A DNA stretch of 64,000 nt, from positions 6,081 through 70,080 of the forward strand of contig JBARNH010000036.1 of NCBI GenBank assembly GCA_049802875.1, given 5' to 3'. Shown here piece after piece: positions 9,561-18,145 of the stretch. Every line of letters begins with the position of its first letter. Positions within the stretch are counted from its first letter, which is position 1. Source of the DNA: Thermoplasmata archaeon. Lineage in GTDB: Archaea > Thermoplasmatota > Thermoplasmata > Lutacidiplasmatales > UBA184. The translations under genes were made by a program, and so were the position numbers. The notes below the pieces were generated by a model that worked only from the letters and a program-made list of their open reading frames with translations, was not told where the DNA came from and did no database searches.

Positions 9561-10484
9561 ATGGAAGCAGTCGATCTCAGCCGGCGCCTCGGAGACTTCG
9601 GTCAGGTAGCAGGGGAGGTTCTCCGGGACGTAGAGGATGTCACCGAGCAGCAGATCCGGCACTGGATCGTGAACCCGTTCCTGGTCGCGCTCGGCTGGAA
9701 CCCCGACGACAAGAAGCAGGTCTACCTCGACTTTCCCGTGCCGTCCGGTGAGGGCCACATCGACTACGCCCTCTACAATTCCGAGGGCCAACCTCGGCTC
9801 TTCCTCGACGTCCGCGAGCGCACGGCGAACGTCACCGACCCGGGCAAGGTCGCAGAACAGGCGAAGCAGGCGAAGGTCCCTCTCGTACTTCTGACGAATG
9901 GGAGGGAATTCTCCCTCTGGTTCGTGGGCAACGAGGAGGTGCCGGGGCCGCTCTTCGTCCTTCCGATCGCCGACCTCGCCGACAACGCCGAGGCGCTTCT
10001 CGGGCTGACCGCGGATTACCGCCTCTCCGATACGGGCATTCAGCAGCTGCGCCGGAGCGCGATCCGCCTCGCCGTCCTCGTCATGCTCGAGGAGAACTCG
10101 GAGAAGACGTTCGACGCCATGGTCGAATGGGTCCAAGGGCAGGTCTCGCCCGGGGCGCTCGACGACACGACCGAGCAGGCGATCCGAGACGCGACGATGA
10201 TCTGGCTCACGGAGGAGCACCTTGTCCTCCCGGCGTTCCAGCCGAAGGAGGGTAAGCGCCTCCACGAATTGCGCACCACCACTCCGCGGGACTGGGAATC
10301 GTTCCCCCGGGGCCCGCCGGGAACTTTCCAGTACAAGTACGACACCGCCAAGATCCTCGACCTGCGCCAGGGCGCCAAGGAGGTCCGCGAACAGCTCCGT
10401 TTGCAGGGGCTCCGGACTCCCACGGCGACGAGCTTCGGCGGTTTCTACCACGCCCTCCGGCACCGCGCGGGATTGGGCAAGTAG
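9561..10484 (+). CDS. HsdR-N-like (type I restriction R-subunit N-terminal domain, PD-(D/E)XK fold) protein, standalone
   Basis: The ATG at 9561 follows the upstream stop. The 9231 start is an out-of-frame extension. Motifs HIDYALY...PRLFLDVRER and VPLVLLTNGREFSLW match the HSDR_N TNG-motif family. About 150 aa of C-terminal sequence is unknown. Confidence 0.55.
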   Translation: MEAVDLSRRLGDFGQVAGEVLRDVEDVTEQQIRHWIVNPFLVALGWNPDDKKQVYLDFPVPSGEGHIDYALYNSEGQPRLFLDVRERTANVTDPGKVAEQAKQAKVPLVLLTNGREFSLWFVGNEEVPGPLFVLPIADLADNAEALLGLTADYRLSDTGIQQLRRSAIRLAVLVMLEENSEKTFDAMVEWVQGQVSPGALDDTTEQAIRDATMIWLTEEHLVLPAFQPKEGKRLHELRTTTPRDWESFPRGPPGTFQYKYDTAKILDLRQGAKEVREQLRLQGLRTPTATSFGGFYHALRHRAGLGK

Positions 10485-10553
10485 ACCAGCTGGGCGAAGG
10501 GCCGGTCCGGCGTCGGCGATAGTTTCCTATCCCACGAGACCCTTAGGGTCACC

Positions 10554-10796
10554 ATGGCACCACCCCCGCCCCCGGCGACTCCCGAAACCAACCTCTTCCA
10601 GGACTTCGTTCAAGCGATCGCGGACCGTCACGGACAGATGGACATCCGGCTCGAACATCTCTCGCTCCGCCTGCCGCTCCTCAAGGAGAGCGTGGAACTC
10701 AACGGCACGATCTCGGTCTCGGTGCACATGCGCGAGCTGACGGACAAGGAAAAGCAGGCCCGCGTTGCCAAGGAACTCAGGACGCTCGCTCGCTGA
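10554..10796 (+). CDS. hypothetical small protein (80 aa)
   Basis: An ORF with reasonable composition, followed by a GC hairpin (GGCGGGG-tctcg-CCCCGCC) and a T-rich tract. No recognisable domain. Confidence 0.3.
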   Translation: MAPPPPPATPETNLFQDFVQAIADRHGQMDIRLEHLSLRLPLLKESVELNGTISVSVHMRELTDKEKQARVAKELRTLAR

Positions 10797-11243
10797 CCCC
10801 GCGACCACCGGCGGGGTCTCGCCCCCGCCCCGCCGTTTCGTTACGTTTAATACGCATGAGTGCGCGTTTATTTTCGATGGCGCTGAGCGCGAACTCCGCA
10901 TCGGGTCACCCCTGCGTGACCTCCCGTTGCGGACATCCGGACGCCGACCACGTCGCTACCCCCGAGCTCGCGTCGCCCAGTGAGGTCGTCGTGTGGTGTG
11001 TCTCTTGTCGTCGCCACGAGGTCTTACGCCCGCGCCGCTTCCGGTTGCCGTGGGCGCGGACCGTTGCGCCCCCGACCCGCCAACGACATTCTCGCGCGAG
11101 CTAGTGCTTCGCTGAGGAGCGCCGTACGGCGTCGGGGATGTTGGTCACGCGCTTCCTATCGCGAAAACCATTCGCCGCGTCAGGGAGCCCGGCCCCCGTC
11201 GTCCGGTGGATCCGATGCGAAGGGAGGCTCCCTCACCTCAGAT

Positions 11244-11714
11244 TCATCCGACCTTGCGATCGTTCCTATGCGCTCGCGAGAGCCAGGGAGGTTCGGGTAA
11301 AGGGGCACCGTCCAAGTGGGCGCACAACCGGTCGAGGAAGTCGTTGAAGCCGCGGACGAAGGTCTCGGCCGAGCGTCGACTCAACTTGCGGTGGGTCATC
11401 ACCAGCAGGGTCCCGTCCTCGACCGCACTCAACTCCCAGCGGACCACCGAGTTCTCCCCTTGAGGGATCCCGGACCCCGGCGCGACATTCCACTCGTATT
11501 CGTAGATCCGGGGAGGGGTCCACTCCAAGACCCGGCCCCGCGCTCGGAGCTCATTGGGATGTTGGAACTCCACGATGCCATGAGCGGAGTCGCGCGACAC
11601 CTTCGCCATGTACCAGAGCTCGAGCTGCTCCGGGTCCGTGATGGCCTCCCAGACGTCTTCGATCGGATGACGGAGGAGGCGCCGGAAGACGAGCGTTGCG
11701 CCTTCCGGGTCCAC
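11244..11714 (-). CDS. SRPBCC / AHSA1-like (Aha1 domain) protein
   Basis: The C-terminal 150 aa of the 11244..12122 ORF match the AHSA1 family (GATLVFRRLLRHPIEDVWEAITDPEQLELWY). The upstream part of that ORF is a low-complexity out-of-frame overlap of the ArsR gene. The likely start is the GTG near 11714. Confidence 0.55.
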   Translation of the reverse strand: MDPEGATLVFRRLLRHPIEDVWEAITDPEQLELWYMAKVSRDSAHGIVEFQHPNELRARGRVLEWTPPRIYEYEWNVAPGSGIPQGENSVVRWELSAVEDGTLLVMTHRKLSRRSAETFVRGFNDFLDRLCAHLDGAPLPEPPWLSRAHRNDRKVG

Positions 11715-11773
11715 GTGGAGCAGTCCCGGCCCCCCCACCGCCCCCGGGACGGCGTCGTTCGAGGAGGTCGCAC

Positions 11774-12103
11774 TCAAGGCCGCCGCTCCTGCCGGGCTCG
11801 CTTCCGAGCATCCAGGTGGGCTTCCAGCGAATCCAGTTCCGTCTCCCAGAACCCCCGATATTTCGAGATCCATGCGTCGATCGGAGCAAGGCCCTCCGAA
11901 CGGAGCGAGTACACCCGGTGTCGGCTCACCTGACGAACGCGTACCATGCCGACCTCGCGAAGGACCCGAAGGTGCCGAGACATCCCGGGTTGACTGACCC
12001 GGGGGAATGCACTCCCCAGCTCCCCCGCGGTCCGCTCCCTTCGAGAGAGAAGGTCGAGGACCTCCCGCCGCGTTTGGTCCGATAAGGCTCCGAAAGCGTC
12101 CAT
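11774..12103 (-). CDS. ArsR-family transcriptional regulator
   Basis: Classic ArsR HTH: LSDQTRREVLDLLSRRERTAGEL...VSQPGMSRHLRVLREVGMVRVRQVSRHRVYSL. Confidence 0.85.
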   Translation of the reverse strand: MDAFGALSDQTRREVLDLLSRRERTAGELGSAFPRVSQPGMSRHLRVLREVGMVRVRQVSRHRVYSLRSEGLAPIDAWISKYRGFWETELDSLEAHLDARKRARQERRP

Positions 12104-12130
12104 GGGTCCGATGGTAGCTCATACCGTGGT

Positions 12131-12168
12131 ACGTATTTATGGCCCGCCCGCCAATTCGAGCGTCTCGA
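12131..12168. promoter_or_regulatory. divergent promoter region: TATA (minus-strand ATAAATA, 12134-12140) for arsR plus a perfect 5-3-5 palindrome TCGAGcgtCTCGA (12156-12168) as candidate ArsR operator
   Basis: The palindrome is seen directly. The TATA centre is about 34 nt upstream of the arsR ATG, which fits an archaeal leaderless or short-leader promoter. Confidence 0.45.
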
Positions 12169-12222
12169 CTGAACTACCGGCGCCGTTGAGTCCACTGCCG
12201 GCCCTTTCCACATAATGACACG

Positions 12223-12230
12223 GTTATATA
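12223..12230 (+). promoter_or_regulatory. TATA box (TTATATAT) for VOC gene
   Basis: An AT-rich octamer about 57 nt upstream of the ATG at 12287, with a purine-rich GGGGAGAAGAGG ribosome-binding stretch before the ATG. Confidence 0.4.
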
Positions 12231-12286
12231 TCTGACCCGATTTCGGACCTTCGCGCGGGCGCGGACGACCAAAGGGGAGAAGAGGT

Positions 12287-12703
12287 ATGGACGGGAAGAT
12301 CTCAGCGGTTTCCCTCGTAGTGACGAACCAGGCGAAATCCCTCGCCTTCTTCACGGAGAAGGTCGGGTTCGAGAAGAAGACCGATGTCACCGGCCCCGGT
12401 GGATATCGGTACGTGACGGTCGGAGTCAAGGGGCAAGAGCTCGAGATGGCGCTCTTTGAGGCTGGCTCGGCCGTTGATCCTGTCACGAAGGATTGGTCGA
12501 AGCGTTGGGCGCCCGGAAGCATGCCCCCGATTACGAACTTCGTCGGCGACTGCCGCAAGACCCATCAGGAACTGAGCGCCCGGGGAGTGGAGTTCCTGAT
12601 GCCGCCGACGGATCACCCCTGGGGGACCGCAGCGACGTTCAAGGACCTCGACGGGAATCTCTTCTCGATCAGCCAACTCGGTGGTAGGTCGCCCAAGACC
12701 TAG
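12287..12703 (+). CDS. VOC family protein (glyoxalase/bleomycin-resistance fold)
   Basis: 138 aa with a typical VOC beta-alpha-beta-beta-beta pattern. The C-terminal FKDLDGNLFSI is characteristic. Confidence 0.75.
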   Translation: MDGKISAVSLVVTNQAKSLAFFTEKVGFEKKTDVTGPGGYRYVTVGVKGQELEMALFEAGSAVDPVTKDWSKRWAPGSMPPITNFVGDCRKTHQELSARGVEFLMPPTDHPWGTAATFKDLDGNLFSISQLGGRSPKT

Positions 12704-12740
12704 AAGTGGCGCCGCGACTTTTCGAGCCCCACGGGGGCGT

Positions 12741-13442
12741 CTAGTAGACGTGCGCAACGTAGCCGATCAGATAGCCCGCGAACCCCGCTCCGAGGCCGAT
12801 GAGCAGCATGCGGAGTCCGCTTTTCCATAGGGACCCCACGGTGATGCGGGCCTCGTACCACCCGATGCCGAAAAGCGCGATCGCGCTCACGATCACCGCA
12901 CCGATGGCGGAGGTCTCGATGGAGAATTGCGGTACGAGGAACGGAACGATGGGGATGGCCGACCCGACGAGGGTCGCGGCGAGCACGACCAGAGCGCTGT
13001 TCAGCGGCTGGGTTTCGGAGACCGTTGCGAGATTGAGCTCGAAAGCCATCATCAGGTCGAGCATCGCCTTGGGTTTGGCCTCGATTTTCTGGACCATCTC
13101 CTCGAGCTCGTCGCCCTCGAACCCCCAGTTTCGGAAGATCGTCCGGACCTCTTCCCGTTCCATCTCGGGGATCGCCTTCATTTCGTCGAGCTCCTTCCGG
13201 CGTTCGGATTCGTAGACCCGCCGACGGGCGAGGGTCGAGGTATACGCGACCGCGCCCATCGACACCGACTCTGCGCCCAGCGCGGCGAGCGCGCCGATGA
13301 TGATGATCGTCGTATCGTGGGTCGCGGCCGAGAGGCCGAGAAGGATTCCGAGGACGTTGACCATACCGTCCTGGCTACCGAGAATGAAGTCCGAGAGCAG
13401 TCCGGGGCGGACGTGCATCTCGTGGCGAGGCGACATTGACAT
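12741..13442 (-). CDS. VIT1/CCC1-family iron/manganese transporter
   Basis: N-terminal cytosolic domain (GSQDGMVNVLGILLGLSAA) and hydrophobic C-terminal TM bundle. The start is probably the Met at 13442 rather than 13547. Confidence 0.75.
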   Translation of the reverse strand: MSMSPRHEMHVRPGLLSDFILGSQDGMVNVLGILLGLSAATHDTTIIIIGALAALGAESVSMGAVAYTSTLARRRVYESERRKELDEMKAIPEMEREEVRTIFRNWGFEGDELEEMVQKIEAKPKAMLDLMMAFELNLATVSETQPLNSALVVLAATLVGSAIPIVPFLVPQFSIETSAIGAVIVSAIALFGIGWYEARITVGSLWKSGLRMLLIGLGAGFAGYLIGYVAHVY

Positions 13443-13590
13443 CGCCCCACCAACGTTCCCGATATGAGGGTGGCGGAGTTCTATTTCTACCGGTCCCCGC
13501 GGGCCGCGAGTTCCTCGCTTACCCGAGGGTAGGCTCCTCGCAAACACCTAAATCCTGCGACGGGTCGAATACGCCGGAAGGCTCTATTGG

Positions 13591-15096
13591 ATGACGTCTT
13601 CTTCCCCCTCCTCTCCCGCCGGAACCGCCCCGCCGTCGGCCCAACGAAATGAATCGGCCGTAATCCTCCTCACGACGATCGGGACGCTGATGGTCGCGGT
13701 CGACAGCACGATCGTGATCCTGGCGCTGCCCACGATGGCGCGGGACCTCGCCGCCCCACTCTCCTCGATCATCTGGACGATCCTGATCTATCTGCTCATC
13801 ACCGCGGCGCTCACGACCCAGGCCGGGCGCCTCGGCGACATGCTCGGCCGGGGTGGCGTCTACAACGCCGGTTTCGCGGTCTTCACGATTGGCTCCGGGC
13901 TCTCGGGATTCGCTCCGTCCGCGGAGACCCTGATCGGGGCGCGGGCCGTTCAGGCGATCGGCGGCGCTCTCGTGTTCGCGAACTCCGGTGCGCTGATCGC
14001 GACGGTGTTCCCTCCCGAGCGCCGGGGACGCGCGTTCGGGTTCTTGGTCTTCGGGTGGAGTGTCGGGGCGATCCTCGGCATTCTCCTCGGAGGGGTCATC
14101 ACGACGGAACTCGGCTGGCGGTACATCTTCTTCATCAACCTCCCGATCGGCGTTGCCGCAGTCGCTCTCGGGCTCCGAACCCTCCCGAAGACCGTGCGAG
14201 TACGGACCGGGTTCGATGTGGTGGGCTTTGCACTCTTTTCCGCGATGTTGGGTCTCCTCTGCTACGGGATGATCGAGCTCGCCATCTTCGGAACCTCGCT
14301 GCTCAACTTTTCCTATCTTGCCGCCGGGATCGTACTGGTTCCGGTGTTCGCGGTCGCCGAAATGCGGACCTCCCGACCCATGCTCGAATTACGCGCGCTC
14401 AAGAATCGACTGCTCGGGTTCTCCCTGCTCGCGGGCCTCCTTCAGGCCCTCGGATATCTCTCGGTGGTCTTTTTGCTCACGCTCTACCTTCAGGGATTGA
14501 GGGGCCTCTCCCCACTGAACGCCTCGCTGCTCTTGGTCCCGGGGTACCTGGTGGGTGCCGTGCTAGGGCCGACGATGGGTCGCAACGTCGACCGCCGCGG
14601 GGCACGACTCCTCGCGACACTGGGTATCTTGTTCATGGCCGCGGCGGTACTCGCCTATTCTTTGCTCGACGCCTCCGCCTGGCTGGGATGGATCCCAATC
14701 ATCTCCCTTCTTTCAGGGATCGGAAGCGGAATGTTCTATCCGGCGAACACGACGGCAATCATGAGCCAAGCCACCCCCAGCACCTTCGGGTCGATCAGCG
14801 GCCTCCGCGTGACGCTCAGCAATATCGGCACGCTGCTGAGCTTCGTCTTTGCGCTGACGATCGCGTCGGCGAGCATTCCCCGAGCCCTCGCATACCAGGT
14901 CTTTCTGGGGACCACGAATCTGGTCGGCGGGATCGGGGCGGATTTCCTGACCGGGATTCACGCGGCCCTCTACGGCTCGGCTGCCATTCTCGGAGTTGCC
15001 GCCATCCTTTCTTGGTCGAGAGGGAGGGTCGTCCCGGTCTCGCATCGGACCGCGACGCCGTCGGGCGCACCCCCCCTCGCGCCGGGGAGCCCCTAA
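13591..15096 (+). CDS. MFS transporter (DHA2/EmrB-like, 14 TM)
   Basis: 501 aa with 14 predicted TM helices. MFS motif GRLGDMLGRG after TM2. Confidence 0.85.
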   Translation: MTSSSPSSPAGTAPPSAQRNESAVILLTTIGTLMVAVDSTIVILALPTMARDLAAPLSSIIWTILIYLLITAALTTQAGRLGDMLGRGGVYNAGFAVFTIGSGLSGFAPSAETLIGARAVQAIGGALVFANSGALIATVFPPERRGRAFGFLVFGWSVGAILGILLGGVITTELGWRYIFFINLPIGVAAVALGLRTLPKTVRVRTGFDVVGFALFSAMLGLLCYGMIELAIFGTSLLNFSYLAAGIVLVPVFAVAEMRTSRPMLELRALKNRLLGFSLLAGLLQALGYLSVVFLLTLYLQGLRGLSPLNASLLLVPGYLVGAVLGPTMGRNVDRRGARLLATLGILFMAAAVLAYSLLDASAWLGWIPIISLLSGIGSGMFYPANTTAIMSQATPSTFGSISGLRVTLSNIGTLLSFVFALTIASASIPRALAYQVFLGTTNLVGGIGADFLTGIHAALYGSAAILGVAAILSWSRGRVVPVSHRTATPSGAPPLAPGSP

Positions 15097-15148
15097 TCGG
15101 AGCTGGCGTTCGCCGCCTTCGCGGGAATCGTGCCGAAGCGCCATGGAC

Positions 15149-15604
15149 TCAGTTCGAATTTCGAGAAGCCGCTCGACGCGGCCGATGCCGCAATTGGCGG
15201 AGAGCGTCGTCGAGGATTCGATTGTGATCGAACGCAAGCCGCCCCACGTGCCGGAGCAGGATCCACCGGGCTTCCTTGGCGTCGTCTCCACCCGAGGGAG
15301 TCTCGACGCGCCCCTGCATGTGAAACACGACGGACGTGGTCGGCTTTCGCGGATCACGCCTCGGTCCCGAGTACACCCCTACGAGGCCGAGCGGCCGAGC
15401 TCGCAGTCCGGTTTCCTCCAGGAGTTCCCGGACCACGGCCTCCTCTACGGTCTCTCGCAGCTCCACGAACCCGCCCGGCAGAGCCCAGTGCCCTCGGAAC
15501 GGAGGGTTGCGTCGGCGCACTAGCAGTACTCGGCCCCCATGGATCCAGACGGCGTCCACGGTGAGTGCCGGGCTCTGATATCGCGGGGACACGGCTCGTG
15601 CCAC
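15149..15604 (-). CDS. NUDIX hydrolase
   Basis: Nudix box GGFVELRETVEEAVVRELLEETGL. Confidence 0.8.
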   Translation of the reverse strand: MARAVSPRYQSPALTVDAVWIHGGRVLLVRRRNPPFRGHWALPGGFVELRETVEEAVVRELLEETGLRARPLGLVGVYSGPRRDPRKPTTSVVFHMQGRVETPSGGDDAKEARWILLRHVGRLAFDHNRILDDALRQLRHRPRRAASRNSN

Positions 15605-15712
15605 GCGCCGCCTCCATATGAACGGGAACGACCCGGGCGCCCTTCCGGCAGACTCCGGTCGACGGTCGGAGGGAAGCGTTAAGCCGTCGGCCCGGGTCGC
15701 GCTGGAGGCGCC

Positions 15713-16759
15713 ATGCAGATCCTGCGGAGCAAGGCTCCCCTTCGGATCAGTTTCGCGGGCGGAGGGACCGACGTTTCCCCCTACCCCGAGGAGCGCGGAG
15801 GTGCGGTCCTCAACTGCACCATCGACAAGTATGCCTACGTAACGCTCGAGGCCGAGGCGGGCCGACCGGGCGGAACCGCGGTGGAGTCCCTAGATTTCAA
15901 TCTGAAGGCCAACTACGAACGACCGTCCGACCTCTTCTATAACGGAGAGCTCGACCTGATCAAGGCGGCGTTGAAGGTCCTTCGACCCCCGGGTACCGAC
16001 CCGGCGACTCCCGAGTGGCTTCGCCTGTTCCTTCATTCCGACGCCCCACCGGGGACCGGCCTCGGGACCTCGTCGGCGATGACGGTTGCCCTGGTGGGAG
16101 CGTTCCAGCACTACCTGAAGGAGGCCTGGACCTCGTATGATATCGCGGAACTGGCCTATCGGATCGAGCGATCGGAACTCGGGATCAAAGGCGGGCGACA
16201 GGACCAATACTCGGCGGCCTTTGGCGGATTCAACTTCATCGAATTTTCGGGGACCCGCACCGTGGTCAACCCGCTCAAGATCCGGCCCGAGGTCGCGAAC
16301 GAGCTCGCCTATCGGTTGCTCCTCGTATACACCGGGGGCGGGCACTACTCTAACGAACTGATCGAGAGCCAGCAGCGGGGGTACACGGACAAGCGGGAAG
16401 TGACCGTCGAGGCGCTCGATGCGACCAAGCGCTTGGCCATCGAGATGAAGAACGAACTTCTCCGGGGCAACATCGACGAAATGGGCGACCTCCTCGACGC
16501 CGGCTGGCAACTCAAGAAGAAGTTCACGGACGGAATCTCGAATCCGCGCGTGGACGACATTTACGCGAAGGCTCGGGGCGCGGGGGCGCTGGGAGGAAAG
16601 CTAGTCGGCGCGGGCGGCGGGGGGTTCTTGCTTCTATTCTGCGACTTCGCGCGGCGTGCCCAGGTCGCCCGGGCTGTGCAGGACGCCGGCGGCCGCGTGA
16701 CCGACTTCTCGCTCGAGACGATGGGCTTGCAGACCTGGTCGGTCCGCGCCGCGAGATGA
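15713..16759 (+). CDS. GHMP-family sugar kinase (HddA/sugar-1-kinase-like)
   Basis: N-terminal RISFAGGGTD motif and GHMP ATP-binding motif PPGTGLGTSSAMTVALVGA. Confidence 0.8.
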   Translation: MQILRSKAPLRISFAGGGTDVSPYPEERGGAVLNCTIDKYAYVTLEAEAGRPGGTAVESLDFNLKANYERPSDLFYNGELDLIKAALKVLRPPGTDPATPEWLRLFLHSDAPPGTGLGTSSAMTVALVGAFQHYLKEAWTSYDIAELAYRIERSELGIKGGRQDQYSAAFGGFNFIEFSGTRTVVNPLKIRPEVANELAYRLLLVYTGGGHYSNELIESQQRGYTDKREVTVEALDATKRLAIEMKNELLRGNIDEMGDLLDAGWQLKKKFTDGISNPRVDDIYAKARGAGALGGKLVGAGGGGFLLLFCDFARRAQVARAVQDAGGRVTDFSLETMGLQTWSVRAAR

Positions 16760-16847
16760 GCTCGGCTCTGAACTCTCCGAAACGAACCGATAGCCGGGGC
16801 AAACTCCTTTAGTTCCGGTCCGTAGGTTCCTCTGAAGGGGCGTACGG

Positions 16848-17813
16848 TTGGGGACGGCGCGTCGGGCCAGGGCGAACGCCACACCTCGGTCGAGTGACGG
16901 AGGCACCCCCGGAACTCGACGGCCGATCCGGGGGGTCCTCACGCTCGCCGGGGAGGGCACCGGGATGCTTCCCTGGTCCCGCGGGCTTCGGAAGGAGTTC
17001 CTTCCCCTCTACGACCGGGGGATCAACGGCGTTCCGGTGTTGAAGCCGATCGCCCACCTTGTGCTCGAGTCGCTCATGGGAGCGGGGGTGTCCGACGTCA
17101 CTCTCGTAGTGCAGCCTCGGGACCTCTCGTTCGTCCAGGAATATTTCACCGTCGACCAGTCGTTCCTGGAGCGTCACGGCCACCATCCCGAACGGGTCGC
17201 CGAAACTCGGGACTTCTATGCCAAATTGCGCGCGCTGAGGGTCCGTTATGCCCTTCAGCCGCGTCCCATGGGATTCGGTGACGCCGTCCTCCGGGCAGAG
17301 CCGTACCTCGGGGGCGAGCCGTTCCTTCTCCAGGCGAGCGACGGGGTCGTCCTCGAGCAGCGCCGAGGGAGCCTCCCGCGAGCGATGGGAGAGGTCCTGC
17401 AGGGCGAGGGCCTCGATGCGGTGTTGCTCGTGCGCCGCGTGACCGATCCCCGGCGCTACGGAGTGGTCGAGGGCCGCTCGGACGGTCGCTACGGTTCGGT
17501 ACGGCGCCTAAAGGTGACTCGGATGGAGGAGAAGCCCAAGCGCCCGCAGTCTCACTGGGCAGCGACGGCGGTCTATGCGTTCTCACCTCGACTATTCGAA
17601 GCACTCCGCGCCGCCCGAAATCGTTCTCGGCTCAGGGCAGAGCTCGAGCTCACGTGGGGGGTCCAAGAACTCCTATCCTGCGGGGGCGCGGTTGTGGCAC
17701 TTGTCCTCGAACCCGGGACTCGCTGGCGGTCGGTCGGTTCGCCGGAGGGGTACCTCCGCGCGTTGAGAGCCACCCATGCTCGTGCTTTCGCGCGGTCATC
17801 CAAACTCGGCTGA
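16848..17813 (+). CDS. sugar-1-phosphate nucleotidyltransferase (NTP_transferase family)
   Basis: Glycine-rich LAGEGTGMLP...KEFLPL motif and GFGDAVL in the pyrophosphorylase core. The start is uncertain. Confidence 0.65.
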   Translation: MGTARRARANATPRSSDGGTPGTRRPIRGVLTLAGEGTGMLPWSRGLRKEFLPLYDRGINGVPVLKPIAHLVLESLMGAGVSDVTLVVQPRDLSFVQEYFTVDQSFLERHGHHPERVAETRDFYAKLRALRVRYALQPRPMGFGDAVLRAEPYLGGEPFLLQASDGVVLEQRRGSLPRAMGEVLQGEGLDAVLLVRRVTDPRRYGVVEGRSDGRYGSVRRLKVTRMEEKPKRPQSHWAATAVYAFSPRLFEALRAARNRSRLRAELELTWGVQELLSCGGAVVALVLEPGTRWRSVGSPEGYLRALRATHARAFARSSKLG

Positions 17814-18145
17814 CCCCGCCCGACCTGACCGACCCGATGCGCCCTCCTCGGGACGCCGGCGTAGGTTAACCACTTCCCGGAGGTTTTATCTCGCGGCTCT
17901 CGCCATTCATTTACCGTGACGGATGGGCCGTCCGTTTCCGGGAAGGAGTCCGCTCATATTCGATGGACCAGGCAATGCCGGCCGGGCACGTTTTGACTCC
18001 CCCCGCCGGGGGCACGTCGGCCGGGTATCCCGCTGGCCCATGACGCCAACCGGAGCGAGATGAAGTGGCCGGGTGGCGGCCGTTTCCGGTCGCATATCGA
18101 TCTTGACCGCCCGGTCGCCGTACCGGCGGCTACGGTGAGTCAGGC

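Noticed and set aside
10800-11243. tRNA or other structured RNA in the 440-bp intergenic region, and in other spacers (32653-33129, 39048-39590, 48648-48893)
   Set aside because: No cloverleaf-compatible segments or T-loop GTTCRANYC motifs were recognised by eye. Only promoter-like AT patches and hairpins were seen. A covariance-model scan is needed.
11244-12122. The single 292-aa ORF spanning arsR on the same strand
   Set aside because: The N-terminal 130 aa are low-complexity. The region is better explained by the 109-aa ArsR HTH protein in another frame plus a shorter SRPBCC gene.
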